Shown here: positions 31,259 to 45,395 of the stretch, piece by piece
Position numbering within the stretch: position 1 is the stretch's first letter
Layout: each line of letters starts with the position of its first letter
From: the human T2T-CHM13v2.0 reference genome, Homo sapiens
DNA length: 64,000 nucleotides
NCBI GenBank assembly: GCA_009914755.4
Contig: CP068257.2
Coordinates: 29,344,001-29,408,000, forward strand
Reading direction: 5' to 3'
Program-made: the position numbers and the translations under genes
Notes under the pieces: generated by a model
Databases searched by the model: none
Seen by the model: only the letters and a program-made list of their open reading frames with translations
What the model was told of the DNA's origin: nothing

Positions 31259-31392
31259 CCTGGCCTCTGCCCCCGGGTGCCAATAGCTTTGCCCCTGCCT
31301 CCAAGTTGAGACCAAAAATGTCTCAAGATATTGCCATATATCCCCAGAGTGGAGAGGAGGGCACAAAACTGCCCCTAGTTGAGAACCAGTGG
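31259..31392 (+). mobile_element. 3' half of the MITE that the THE1 insertion split
   Basis: cctggcctctgcccc...agttgagaccaaaaatgtctcaagatattgccatatatcccc...cccctagttgagaaccagtgg matches the 3' half and terminal inverted repeat of the element whose 5' half is at 30797-30894. Confidence 0.5.
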
Positions 31393-32035
31393 AGTAGAAT
31401 GATGAGATTAGAAAGTGGTTCAGCACTCAGAGGCACTGAAACTCAAAAAAAAGAAAAAAAAAAGCAGTCAAAACCAAAACCCCATGTATCATTTTAAGGC
31501 TTTTTATTCATGTTAATCAAGCTGAAAAAATCTGGAGATAATTTGAGATTCAAAGTTTTGTCACTAATTATTTTAACAAGTATTTTAACAAGTACTCTCC
31601 AGATGCCCATTGTATTTTCAAATTTTATTTTTTAAAGACCCATTATTTTTCTCTCCTAGGACTGTCAGCTCTCTTCTCCATATTCCTTTTTTTTAATGCT
31701 TGTCAAAGTTTAATCAACCTAATTATCAGATTTGAAAATGAATGGCTATAAAATGTGAGTTTCTAAAAACAGATCAATCAACACAATTGTGCACGCGCCT
31801 AATAAAAGGTTTCAGGGTTAGGTTCTCCATGCCAGGAAGCTGTGACCCCAGAGACAGTTTCTCAGCATAATAGATTAACCTGCCTATTACCAGCAAAGTC
31901 TGATAGCTAATGGCTCACCCTGATTCAATCATAATAGCTACCTGCAGTGAAGTGATGTATCAGATTCTTAACTCTCATGGATATGGTGCTTGGAAATTAG
32001 GGGAAGAGTGTCTGGGAATCTCAAGTTAACAGAAA

Positions 32036-32497
32036 TGTTATGGGTTGAATTGTGTCCTACCTCCTGCAACCTAAAATTAATATATTGAAGACCTAGCCCT
32101 CAGTAGCTCAGAATGTGACCTTATTTGGGAATAGGGTTATTACAGATATAATCAGTTAAGATGAAGTCATGGTGTAGTAGGATGGGTCCCTAATCCAATA
32201 TGACTGGTGTCTTGTAAAAAGAGGAAATCTGGACACAGACACAGGGAGAACCCCATATGAAGATGAAAACAGAGATTGGGGTGAGTCATCTACAAGTCAA
32301 GGAATGCCCAAACTTGCCAGCAAACCACCAAAGGCTGGAAGAGAGACCTGGAGCAGACTCTTCCTCACAGCCTCAGAAGGAACCAGCCCTGCTGACACCT
32401 GGATCTCATACTTCTGGCCTCCAGAACTGTGAGAGAATAAATTTCTTTAGCTTAGGCCACCCAGTCTGTGCGACTTCATGACAGCAGCCTTAGACAA
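32036..32497 (+). mobile_element. MaLR LTR (MLT1-type)
   Basis: tgttatgggttgaattgtgtcc...gtgaccttatttgggaatagggttattacagatataatcagttaagatgaagtcatggtgtagtaggatgggtccctaatccaatatgactggtgtcttgtaaaaagaggaaatctggacacagacacagggagaaccc...ggcctccagaactgtgagagaataaatttctttagcttaggccacccagtctgtg...gacagcagcc follows the MLT1 consensus. Confidence 0.75.
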
Positions 32498-32823
32498 TGA
32501 ATTCAAGAAGCCTATTTCTAGCCCTGCTCTAATTTACCTCTGTCCAGCCACATCCAGGACATGTGGCAGATAATCTTTCTTCAAACTGGCGTGGCCAAAA
32601 TATCTCCCACTAGACTCAAGCAAATGGCATCAGCAGAAATTACCTTTTTTAAAGTGAGTACAATTCAAGTGATGCCCAGACGGTCACATCAGAGGCCTCA
32701 AGAACTCTGGCACTTCCCAGCACACTTGCAGGTTTCAGCCGAGATCACTTATGTACCTAAGCTCAAAACCATTGGCCCTCACAGCTCTGAAACTGGTTTT
32801 CCTTTCCTTCTACAAGAACATAA

Positions 32824-33176
<353 letters not shown>

Positions 33177-33795
33177 AACAGATTTTTAATGTACTTTTCC
33201 TTTTATAAACTATGTACAGAGCTGTCGTCACAAGAAAGCACAAGGCTCTCGAATACCTTCTTTGAGTGGTTATCAGGGAAAGAAATTCGGGAGATGCACA
33301 GTTTTCCCCAAAGGGATCTAATTCCCTTTTCTAAATCTTTAGCTTCCTGAATTAACAGGTTTAACAAAGGTAATCCAAAACCAAAGCTTTCACATGAGCT
33401 GTGTTCCAGAGATTATTTATAAAATGGCCTCATTGAGAAGCATTTTCTCACAGTGATAATATTATGAGTGAAAGAATCCTAGGCAGTTCAAGAAAACAAA
33501 AATAACTATTTAATCCATAATGTCACAGAAGCACCATTCCCAAAAAAGCAGGCTGAGTTTGACATCCTGGGACCAAGGGTTCCTGTACTTCCAAAGGGAA
33601 GGCCACTTTTCAAATGTTTTTAGTTCTCCCATTTATTTTACTTCCAGGAAGAAGTGGATGTTTTCATGTTAAATTTGGTTTGGCTGTGCAATAGGATATA
33701 GACTGGGGCTTTTCCTGACTCAGGATTAACTTAGGCACCAATCAGAAAATACTCATATGACTGTAAAATTCAAACCTCCACCGAGAAAATTTACA

Positions 33796-34083
33796 GGCTG
33801 GGTGCAGTGGTTCATGCCTATAATCCCAGAACTTTGGGAGGCTGAGGTGAGAGGATTGGATGAGCCCATGAGTTCAAGACCAGCCTGGGCAACATAGCAA
33901 GACCCCAGTCTCTTTAAAAAAAAATTTATTTCACCAGCACGGTGGCACACACCTGTGGTTGCCGCTACTCAGGAGGCTGAAGTGGGAGAATCGCTTGAGC
34001 CCAGGAGGTCAAGACTACAGTGAGCCAAGATCACACCACTGCACTCCAGCCTGGGTGACAGAGGAAGACCCTGTCTCATAAAA
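33796..34083 (+). mobile_element. Alu (older AluS/J-like)
   Basis: ggctgggtgcagtggttcatgcctataatcccagaactttgggaggctgaggtgagaggattg runs through to ...ctgggtgacagaggaagaccctgtctcataaaagag. Confidence 0.85.
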
Positions 34084-34180
34084 GAGGAAGGAAGGAAGGA
34101 AGGAAGGAAGGGAGGGAGGGAGGGAGGGAGGGAGGGAGGGAGGGAAGAAGGGAAGGAGAGAGTGAGGGAGGGAGGGACAG
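34084..34180. repeat. (GGAA)n/(GGGA)n microsatellite at an Alu tail
   Basis: gaaggaaggaaggaaggaaggaagggagggagggagggagggagggagggagggaagaagggaagg. Confidence 0.95.
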
Positions 34181-34828
34181 AAAAGAAAGTTTACACTGTG
34201 AATTGAAGACCTGCTCCAGGATTCTTGAATCCCTTCATCTATTTCAGGAATATAAAGACTAAAGGGAGTGGCAATTTAGAATGAAGGTTTCTTTGGTGAG
34301 AGCTGGTAATGTCCTCTAGCTGAGCCCCCTGAGCTGCCATCCTCATCTTGAGTGTGATGAGAGGGGCTTCTACTCTAGGGTGCTTTAAAACCATGTTTTC
34401 TGCAGTTGGGTGACTCCAAGGACCAGTGCCTACTGACCCCAGAAAAAGCTAAATAAAACTGTGAAATTTCAACTTCTGGCTATGAGAGCATAGCTTGCTT
34501 CAAAGCAGCTTTCCCTTAAATAAACTATAAAAGCTGAATTTCTATTTAAAGTAGCTATTTCAAACCACAGCAGATAAAGCAAAGTAGCCAACATTTGAGG
34601 AATCAAGATCCAAAGAGAAAGAAAATGCACTGATATGATCATAACATTCTCTGCCACATTTCTCCTCCTGGTGTTTGCCAATTTCTCAGTGGCATGGCAG
34701 AAAAGACAAAAGAGTCAGTACACACAGTTATCCCTCAGTGTCCATAGGGATTGGTTCTAAGACTCACCCCTCCCCCCAACCCCAATACAGATAATCTGTG
34801 GATGCAAGGGACTTAAGAGTCACTTACA

Positions 34829-35180
<352 letters not shown>

Positions 35181-35294
35181 TTATGCTTTAATCATCTCTA
35201 GGTTACTTATAATACCTAATACAATGTAAATGCTATATAAGTAGTTGTTATACTGTATTGCTTTTTATTTGTGTTATTTTTATTGGTTGCTTTC

Positions 35295-35570
35295 CTTTTT
35301 TTGTTGTTTGTTTTTAGACAGGATGTTGCTCTGTCATCCAGGCTGGGCTGGAGTGCAGTGGTGTGAACCACAACTCACTGCAGCCTTGATTTCCTGGCCT
35401 CAAGCAATCTTCCTGCCTCAGCCTCCTAAGTAACTGAGGTGCATGCCATCACACTCGACTAATGTTTCTAATTTTTTGCAGAGACACATCTCTTTATGTT
35501 GCCCAGGCTGGTCTTGAACTCCTGGGCTCAAGCCATCCTTCTGCCCTGGGCTCAAGCCATCCTCCTGGCA
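35295..35570 (-). mobile_element. Old Alu (AluJ-like), diverged and 5'-truncated, with an internal duplication
   Basis: A T-rich tract leads into agacaggatgttgctctgtcatccaggctgggctggagtgcagtggtgtgaaccacaactcactgcagcc...ttgcccaggctggtcttgaactcctgggctcaagccatcc. The last segment occurs twice. Confidence 0.75.
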
Positions 35571-35649
35571 TCAAAAAAACACCAGGCATGCCAAGAAATA
35601 GAACCAAGCGATTGTAAAAAAAGAGAGACGGGGAAAGAAAATGGACAAC

Positions 35650-36200
35650 AGAAAGATACCCACAGCTCTTTAAACTAAATGTGATTGATGTGTTCAAGAA
35701 TATAGATAGCAAGATGGGGAATTTTATCAGAGAATTGAAATATACTAAGAAACAATATATAAAATTTAGAAATAAAAAATTCATTAGCTGAAATTAATAA
35801 CTCAAGAAACAGGGGTAACACCAGATTAGATAAACAGAAGAAATGATTAATGAACTGATATTGCTCATTATAAAAATAACTATTGAAGCATGAGAGGGGA
35901 AAAAAGGAAATACTTAAGAGTGGAATTGCTCTACGGAACAAGATAAAAGGCCTAAAGCATGTGTAAGTGGAGTCCCAGAAGGCAAAGGAAGAGAGAATGA
36001 ACAGAAATATTTGAAGAGATTATGAATGAGCCTTTTCTGATACTGAAAGGCAGCCATAGACTCAAGAAGTTCTGCAAACCACATGCAAGACAATCACAAA
36101 GAAATCTACACCAAGGCATATTATGGCAAAAACTGCTAAGAACCAAAGATAAGGAGAAAAAGAAACACACTAACACTTTCAGAGAAGCATGAAACTTTCA
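35650..36200 (+). mobile_element. Old L1 (L1M-type) ORF1-region fragment
   Basis: The sequence parallels the L1M ORF1 region, for example ggagtcccagaaggcaaaggaagagagaatgaacagaaatatttgaagagattatgaatgag...agactcaagaagttctgcaaaccacatgcaagacaatcacaaagaaatctacaccaaggcatattatggcaaaa. Confidence 0.65.
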
Positions 36201-37294
36201 AAACACTCTTTTCCTTCTGTAATCTTATTTCTATGAAGAGGTGCATATGGGACCCATTGACTCTCTCCTCTCTTATCCCCAAGCAGCCTATCCAGTAAGG
36301 TGGTCAAGTAAGGAGAATTTCTCTCTTTACAACCCAGTCAAGCAGCTCACTTCTTGAATTGGAAGATGCACTCTGTGTTAATCTGTGGCAGAGAGTGCTA
36401 GCTTCCTTCTCAATCATTACTCTCCCCTTCCTCTCTACAAACAGAACCAATGTGCCTAGCTAAAACCAAACAGAAACAACATCCCCTCATTATCCAGCAT
36501 CAACTGTAGTTAGAAATGGCTATGGGACACAGTTCTAGCCAATAATAATTAAGCAGCATTTTTTCATGTGGCTACCAGGAAGCACCTTCAAATGGAATAG
36601 AATCAGTCGGCACACAGTTAGTTAGGCTTGTCCTCTTTGCTTTCCTCTTCTGACTTGAAGTGCAGCTATGATGGCAGGAGCTGCAGCAGGCATATTACAA
36701 CTGAAAATGAAAGAAAAGCTAAAGAATTTCAAAAATCGATCTGGACATTCTTGAGCTGCTCCACAAACTATCGTCTGATTATCCCAAAACTTCTTTGTCA
36801 TTTGAAAGGATCATAAAACACTAAGCCACTATTATTTGGATTGTTTTGATATATGCAGCTAAACCCAAACTCTGTTAGAGCTTCCCTTTTCTTGTGGCTT
36901 GAAACAAATCTGTAAAAAAATTCTTCTATTGAGTTCAGCTTGTTGCTGCTTTGAAGCTAAGGAAAGCCTCAAAATATCTGACCTAAGAAGAAACTAATCA
37001 GCTTCTTATTCTCACATGGCATTTTTTCAACAGAAGAGAGAGACAATTTAATACAAGATATATGATCATCAAATTCTGAGCCCTTGCTCAAGGGAAATCT
37101 GAGTAGCTAAGATGCAAGTCAATCTGTCTTTGGTCTCTAGTATCTACTTCAGTTCAGAACAGAGAGCACAGTATTTAATTATGTCTCAGATTCTGAACAC
37201 AGAGGGGAATTGGGGAACAAGTTTCCTTCCAAATCAGAGCCTATGGTGAAGGAGCAGATTTTTTTTTCCAGTCCATCACAGAGCTATACTTTTA

Positions 37295-37710
<416 letters not shown>

Positions 37711-37877
37711 TTATCAATTCAAGAGACATAAAGTAATTGTCAAAATGCTTTTTTTTTTTAAAGTTTCTTAAGTCTTACTCTCAATTTTAGTACTTGTCTT
37801 ACTGTGATCTACTAACAGGTCAAGTACCAGCACTGGTCCACAGACTACAAGTTGAATAGAACAGCTATTGCAATATC

Positions 37878-38248
37878 TTAGTCAGCTAGGGCTGCTACAA
37901 CAAAGTGCCCCAAGCAGGGTGACTTAACAGAAACGTATTTCTCACAGTTCTGGATACTAGAAGCCCAAGATCAAGCAATCAGTAGGTTTCATCTCTCCAA
38001 AGGCCTTTCTCCTTGGCTTGCAGGTGGCTGCCTTCTTGCTGTGTGCTGTGTCCCCATCTGGCCTTTCCTCTGTGCACTTGTATCCCTCTCACTTCTTATA
38101 AGGACACCAGTCCTATGGAGTTAGGGTCCCAACCTTATGACCTCATTTAACATTAATTTTCTCATTAAAGTCCTATTTGCAAATGCAGTCACATTGGGGG
38201 TTAGAACATTAACATACGAATTTGAGGAGTCAGAATTCAATCCATAAT
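37878..38248 (-). mobile_element. MaLR LTR (MLT1-type)
   Basis: The plus strand reads tagtcagctagggctgctacaacaaagtgccccaagcagggtgacttaacagaaacgtatttctcacagttctggatactagaagcccaagatcaag...cttataaggacaccagtcctatggagttagggtcccaaccttatgacctcat. This is the reverse complement of the MLT1 consensus. Confidence 0.7.
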
Positions 38249-39334
38249 AAGAGTAATGCTTATATAAGCTTCTTCAATCGTTCTCTGCCTTAGCCTCGTT
38301 AGAATCTGAAGAGAAAGACCTCTAGATGTCCTCTTATCTCTGAGGGGATTAGAAAGTGCAAAAAGAAAAAAAGAAAAGTCCCTCACAGACAGTGTTCGTT
38401 TATCCACAGTTCATCTCCAATCAAAAAAGATCATTTTAACAAATCAGCTTGTAAACCTCTCCATCATGGTTCTCCCACCTTCTTCATCTGTTCTGTTTAT
38501 CTTTGCATAGATTTCCTCCAAAGAAGTCCTAAAGGATCAAAAAAACTTTTTTAATGAATATTTCAAAGTATGATTGAACAAAGCAACAGCTTTTGAAAAA
38601 AATTATACAGACTTTCCTTACTGTGACTGTTGGACCTGCTGTCTTTCTCAAGGGTTATATTTTTGTTTACATTTTACTTAGGTTTCCTTGGGATTTCATT
38701 TTGATGTGTGAGTTTTAGTGTGTGTTCCCGTAGCTCAGGGACAAGGATGGAGCTAATAGAGAGCAGAATTGTAAATCGGGTGTTTTCTCTAACACATTTG
38801 TAAGAGTGTGCTAGAATACTCCTGTGCTGGTATCTCTATCTCTTGCCAGCTGTGACCCATCTTGTGTGCACCCAAGCAGATATTTTGTCAGGAGGCCCAT
38901 GAACCACACTAGTGTTCACTTTGTCTTGGAGTAAAGATTTTTCTTTCTCCTTTGCCTGCAACAGCATACATTTATACTGTCAAATCATATATTTTGTTCC
39001 TAAAGATGTCTTCATTTCTTTTTCTAATTCCACAGCAATCTGCTGATTTAACTCACGTCTCTAAGAGGTGACAGTTCAAGGAATCTGGTACATACAACCT
39101 GATATTTATAATCAGTTCTACTAATGGCTGCTTCAGTAAGTCTACTCTTGTTGATAATATTTCAGAAAATGAATGATTGTCAGACTACTTAAAATTGCAT
39201 TTGTAACCAACAAATAAATATTTGAAAGCCTTGCTGCAAACTATGTACACTGAGAGGCCCTTCAAAGAAAATAGACACTCAGAAAGCCTTTCTTAAGTAT
39301 TTGCAATCCTTTTTTTAATAAGATAAATTAGAAT

Positions 39335-39653
39335 TTTATTTTATTTTATTTTATTTTATTTTTAGCGAGAGACAGGGTCTTGCTCTGTCACCCAGCCTGA
39401 AGTACAGTAGTACAATCATAACTCACTGCAGCCTCGACCTCCTGGGCTCAAGTAATCCTCCTTACTCAACTTCCCAAGTAGCGGAAACTACAGGCACACA
39501 CCACCACACTTGGCTAGGTTTTTTTTTAATTTTTTGTAGAGATGGGGTCTTGCTATGTTGCCCAGGCTGGTTTCAAACTCCTGGACTCAAGCAATCTTCC
39601 CACCTTTGCCTCCCAGAGTGTTGGGATTAAAGGTGTGAGCCACCACATCTGGC
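39335..39653 (-). mobile_element. Old Alu (AluJ-like) with a (TTTTA)n tail; target-site duplication aaattagaatttt
   Basis: (tttta)n leads into gcgagagacagggtcttgctctgtcacccagcctgaagtacagtagtacaatc. The element ends gtgtgagccaccacatctggc. aaattagaatttt is present on both flanks. Confidence 0.85.
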
Positions 39654-39746
39654 AAATTAGAATTTTTAAGTAGGGCAAAGATGTATAGACTGCAGAAATA
39701 TATTTTATTTATATGCTAATGTTATATTTCATCATATAAACTTTTG

Positions 39747-40053
39747 GGTCAGGCGTGGTGGCTCATGCCTATAATTCTAGCACTTTGGGAGCCTGAGGCA
39801 GGAGGATCACTTGAGGCCAGGAGTTCCAGACCAGCCTACCCAACATGGCAAAACCCCATCTCTACTAAAAATACAAAAATTAGCCAGGCATGGTGGCATA
39901 TACCTGTAATCCCAGCTACTCGGGAGGCTGAGGCAGGAGAATTGCTTAACCCAGCAGGTGGAGGTTGCAGTGAGCCGAGATTGCATCACTGCACTCCAGC
40001 CTGGACAACAGAACAAGACTCCATCTCAAAATGAACCAACAAACAAAACAAAC
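39747..40053 (+). mobile_element. Alu (AluS-like), inverted relative to the Alu at 39335 with a 93-bp spacer; target-site duplication aaacttttgg
   Basis: ggtcaggcgtggtggctcatgcctataattctagcactttgggagcctgaggcaggaggatcacttgaggccaggagttccagacc runs through to ...ctccatctcaaaatgaaccaacaaacaaaacaa. aaacttttgg is present on both flanks. Confidence 0.9.
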
Positions 40054-40463
40054 TTTTGGATTTTATTAAATCTACAAATAAAGACCAGAAAACTTCCTTG
40101 TGGAACCTATGCTCACCTATAACTGTTGTGAATGTTCAAATCACAGTTAACGTCCAGTCATACTTTTAAATGTACTTCTAACATTTTGTTTCCATGAAAA
40201 TGTTTTTGCCTTATTAAGACTTGCTTAAAATAGCCTGTCCAAGCCTTTGTTTCTTGATCTGCAAAACTTAGAGAATTGGACTAACAGTTAAGAGGCATTT
40301 TAATTCCTTTATTCTTTTTACTGACCTGCATGTTTATCTTCTTGTGATCTAGTTGTTGCTATTCTTGCTTTAAAATTTCACATTATATTTCTTCAATTAA
40401 AATGTAAGCTCTTGGGAGCAGAAATCATACCATGTCTGTTTTATATATCAGCCTCAGTTTGAT

Positions 40464-40866
40464 TTTGCTGCTATAACAAAATGAGACTAAGTAATTTACA
40501 AAAAGAGAAATACATCTCTTACAGTTCTGGAGGCTGAGAAATCCAAGATCAAGGCACCAGCAGATTCCATGCCTGGTGAGGGCTGTTCTCTGCTTCCAAG
40601 ATGGCACCCTGTTCCTACATCCACACCTGGCAGAAGAGATGAATGCTGTGTCTTCAAACGACAGAAAATGGAAGGCCAAAAAGGGGTGCAGCTAGTTCCT
40701 TCCATCCCTTTTATAGTGGTTTTTGAGGTGGTTAACACCTCATTCATGAGGGTGAAGCTTTCACGACCTAGTCACCTCTCAAGGCCTACCTTTTAATATC
40801 ATCACCTTGGGGTTTACATTCCAACATACGAGTTTTGGAGGGATGCATACATTTAAACCACAGCAA
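40464..40866 (-). mobile_element. MaLR LTR (MLT1-type)
   Basis: The plus strand reads ctgctataacaaaatgagactaagtaatttacaaaaagagaaatacatctcttacagttctggaggctgagaaatccaagatcaaggcaccagcagattccatgcctggtgagggc...cattcatgagggtgaagc...atcatcaccttggggtttacattccaacatacgagttttggagggatgcatacatttaaaccacagca. This is the reverse complement of the MLT1 consensus over nearly its full length. Confidence 0.75.
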
Positions 40867-42499
40867 TCCCCTATAGTGGTGCTACTGAAAGTACTGGGCC
40901 TCAAACTATTTGTTACTGGTCCCTGATGAGGTCAGGAGCTTATACCAAAATATAATTCAACCACACACATAGATCTGTTTAGTTGAGCCAACGTTTTTTT
41001 CTGAGAAGGACTTTCTTGATGAAGGAATCTGTATGTTGATTTACCTTTCTGGAATAAGCTTCCTATCTCACCATAACAAATGGTTCTGGGAAAAACACCA
41101 GTCTGTGGACTGTACTTTGAGTAGGACTGGTCTATAGAGATTTTCTATAAAGGTCTATTTAAAATTCTCAGTAAATATTGGTTGTTTGACAAATGACTCA
41201 TCTGTTCACTTAATGGACACTGATAGAGCATTCATGATGGAAGATGGCAGTAAGAGGTACTATGGTGGGGCAGGATGGGGACACACAAGCCTATGGTTAC
41301 TTACAGTCTATTAAGCAAGATGACATATTTTAAATAAGTGGAAAGTAGAACAAAAAATGTATAACAAAGGCACAAATAAAACACCATGAAAGTTCAAAAG
41401 AGGGAAGGAATTCATCTTACAAGTCACTTGGGAGAGGTAATCTGGAAACTTCTAACTTGAAGGCGGAGCAGAATGTTGAATGATGGAGTTGGGTATGGGG
41501 ACCATCACCCAGAGCAAACACAGGATGCAAGGAAGCTGTAGACATGTTTAGGAGACCACCCAAGTTTGCTTACTACTGCCTTTCCTACTATTTGATTTGG
41601 GACAAGCATTCAAGCTCTGCACAGTATCTTGCCCGCACCTGTTAAAATGGAAATAATAAAAATAGTATTCATCTTATAGGGTGAAGATCAAAGGGCTTAA
41701 TTCAAGTAAAGTGTTTAGAGCAATGGCCAGTGCTCAATAACTGTCAACTCTTGCTGTTCTCATTATCATTCATCACATTGTTTTTATGGAATGTTAACTT
41801 TGTACTAGCTCTTTGATTCTTTCAATATCTTCGGTTTTATGCTTTAGAAAATAAAAAAGCTACCGAAGTCTTTGAACTACCATGAGACCGAGAGTAGAGA
41901 AGAATGGATTAAGTCAGAAATGTGATGGTTACCTACAATTAAGGAGCAAAAGGAGAAAGCAAAATTAGCAAAGAAAACAAAAAAGCATTATCTGGGAGGT
42001 AGGAAGAAAACCAGATAAAGACGGGCAGTTGGAATCTGAGCTAGGAAAAAATGTTTTAGCCATTATAACAAAAATAATAATAATAAAAATAATAATAACA
42101 AATACTAACAAAAATAATAACAAAAATAGGCCATTAACAAAATCAGCTATTGGGGGAAGAAAAGAAGCAGTTGAATTTGAGAAGTATGACGTCATTCACA
42201 GCAACCCTTAAGGGAATTTCTTCAGGGTGACTGAAGCAGACACTAGATTGCAAGAAATAGAGAAGAGAGAAAACAGTGAGGAAAGGGAAGCAGTATAGAT
42301 AATATACTCATTCTTTTGTATTTACTTTCTGTGACTGAACATGCATGTGTTTATAGGCCACTGAAATGACAGCCAACACCTAAAGGCAGCTTATCTCTCT
42401 TAAAGATAGGTCATAGACATCTATTGTTTTTTCTGTCCTACATCATCCCCAACTCGTTCTTTAAACTACTTCTACCTGTACCTCAAACATTGAAGGTGA

Positions 42500-42823
<324 letters not shown>

Positions 42824-45092
42824 AATATATGGATTTCTAAATGAGGTACCAGAGAGAAAGCATGAGTCCGTCCTTCCCGTGTAGTAAAAATTTTAAGATG
42901 AAAAACTTTGGTGCTTTCAGACGTTGTGTTTCTTCCCTGCTGGGCTAAGCCAGTCACTCTGCAAAGAAAGATAATGATTCCATTTCTCAGACAGAAGCAG
43001 ATTGAAGAAATGAAGAGAAAGAATCCTAAGGGCAGCTAGACCCTAGTTACAGTTACTTCTGAGGCACAGCCACATTCTGCCTGCCCAGTGGTTTTCCCAT
43101 GTCACACTTTCTTGCTTTCCATGAGCCAACATACTTACTCTCGTCTTAGGTACTCTGAGTTAGATATGTGCCCCCTTGAGACTTTAAATGACCTAATACA
43201 AGAAGGAATATATGCAACGAAGGCTTGGTAGATGTTGGAAATATTAGCACAATGATTTAGGACGATGGCATGCTATTCTTGAAATTGAAATGAAACATAA
43301 GGCAATAAAACACTTCTTGTTAATGTGAAAGAATGAAGATGGTTAAAGACACAGATGAAGTGGGTCTAAATCTCAGTCTTTAACTCAAGCAGGCAATACA
43401 TATTGTATTTTTCTATAACTCAACCTAATTGTTATTATAAGCCCCCATCCCCCTGGGTTGGTGGAAATTTTATCCTAGTTGGTTCTGGCCTCCCTGCTTT
43501 CTTCTCCAGAGTTCTATCAATGTTCCAGGGTGCTTACAGAATCCTGAAACATGGCTGGGGAGAAGGGAGTTGAAATATTGGTCTGTGAAGTTTTCTGCCA
43601 AGTCATGTTTGTTTCTGCTCATGGTGACTTCAAGTCTGGTGGCTTTTCTGCTGTTTCCATATAATGCCAGTGGCAAGGGACTCTCACTATCACCTTTGTG
43701 CCACACCAGGGGTGCAATAATCTCTACTAGACTAAGAGCCCATCTGGTATACACCACGAGTCCAATTTCTCTCCGCAATTCTGCTAGACAAGGCAGCAGG
43801 TGCACTTTTGCTAGGATTTACGAAGAGCAGATCCTCTGTTCTCACATCATCCAAGAGGAATCTTCTAGTTTTGGGAAGGACTGAAGTGGGGCAGGGACAA
43901 GAATTCTTCTTTCATGTTTTTCCCCACCATTGAGTCCGTCCTTAGTTGCCCTCTTCTTCTTAAGAGCTCAGAGTATTTGAAACCAAAATCATTAAGACCC
44001 ATCCTGTCCTACCTCTCCACTGAGACAATGAACATGGAGACAATTTACCGCTTCTATGGACAGGAAGGAAAAGCAGGAAATGTTGGAAGAAAACAAGTTG
44101 ATAGAGGTTAATATCTCAAAAATATCCTAACACTCAGAGAACTTTAGAAATGAAATAAGAGAAAATGAGAGGAGTTCTCATTAGATGGACTTGATGATCT
44201 CGGTAAATGAAGAGATGAGAGTTTTCTGTGGGGAGAAGAGAGCTGAGGATTGACAGCTGATTCAGAGGATTGCTGAACAGCAGAAGGAGCTGGGCACCCA
44301 GACAACTTGAACTTACCCCCAAGCCCTCAGCACTGTTTCTCAGCTTCCTCTACCAGGTCCTGTCACCCAGAAATGGCATGAGAAAGGGTTCAGTAAGAAG
44401 TATCCAGACATGGATGTGACAAATGGGGACAGTGAAGGGCCAAGGGTGGTGAGGGATGCTAAGGTGCTGGCGAGGAAACTGCACAAAGGAGTCACGGGAT
44501 CCAGGCTGGGTAGAGGGACAACGGAGGCAGACTGGGGCGAAGAGTTCAGACAAGAGACCAGAGCTGTGGGAGCAGATGTCCCAGTGAGGATGAAGAGCCA
44601 CTTCAACACAAATGAGAACATGAGGGTTGGAGAAGCAGAGAATCCAGATCTGACAAAGTCCTAGGAGATGATAAAGAATACTGCTGGAAGGTCCACATAC
44701 CCTGCCTATGCTGAGAACCAGGTCTGCTATTAAACCCAGAAACACCCACTCTAAGCCATCATCCACCCCAGGACCACCTATATCAGTTCCCGTGGACTCT
44801 CTAGTAAGTAGGAACTGGATTGTCCCAAGGAACCGGGAACTGTCCCCACCAAGTATTTGCTTAATTCAAGATTTCCAAAGTCTTATGAAAACAGGGACTA
44901 AGAACATGACCCATAAGGCACACATTGGGATATTAGCAATGTCAGACAGCCGTGTGGTGAAGAACGCCACAGAGTCTAAGGTCTGCTGCATGGGAACGGC
45001 TGAATGTTTCCACAAAGAGGGCATTAAGTTTTTAATCTTCATTTTGCACATGATTTTCGCTCTTCTTTGGGTAAGGCAAATCTCATCACTGG

Positions 45093-45395
45093 TTTTTGTT
45101 GTTGTGTTTTGACACAGGGTCTCACTCTGTCACCCAGGCTGGGGTGCAGTGGCAGGATCGTGGCTCACTGCTGCCTCAAACACCTAGGCTCAAGCAATCC
45201 TCCCACTTCAACCTCCCAAATAGCCATGACTACAGGCAGCACCACAATGCCCAGCTAATTTTTAATTTTTTTTTGTAAGAGAGGGTGGTCTCACTATGGT
45301 ACCCAGGCTGCTCTTGAACTCCTGGCCTCAAGCAGTCCTCCCAGCTCAGCCTCCCAAAGTGCTGGGATAACAGCCATGAGCCACCGCACCCGGCC
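45093..45395 (-). mobile_element. Old Alu (AluJ-like); target-site duplication ctcatcaYtggtt
   Basis: A T-rich tract leads into gacacagggtctcactctgtcacccaggctggggtgcagtggcaggatc. The element ends gagccaccgcacccggcc. Confidence 0.88.

Noticed and set aside
44350-45112. Two overlapping ORFs (138 aa minus, 134 aa plus)
   Set aside because: They lie on opposite strands and overlap the same purine-rich DNA. They have no protein features, and the plus ORF runs into an AluJ. They are most likely chance ORFs.
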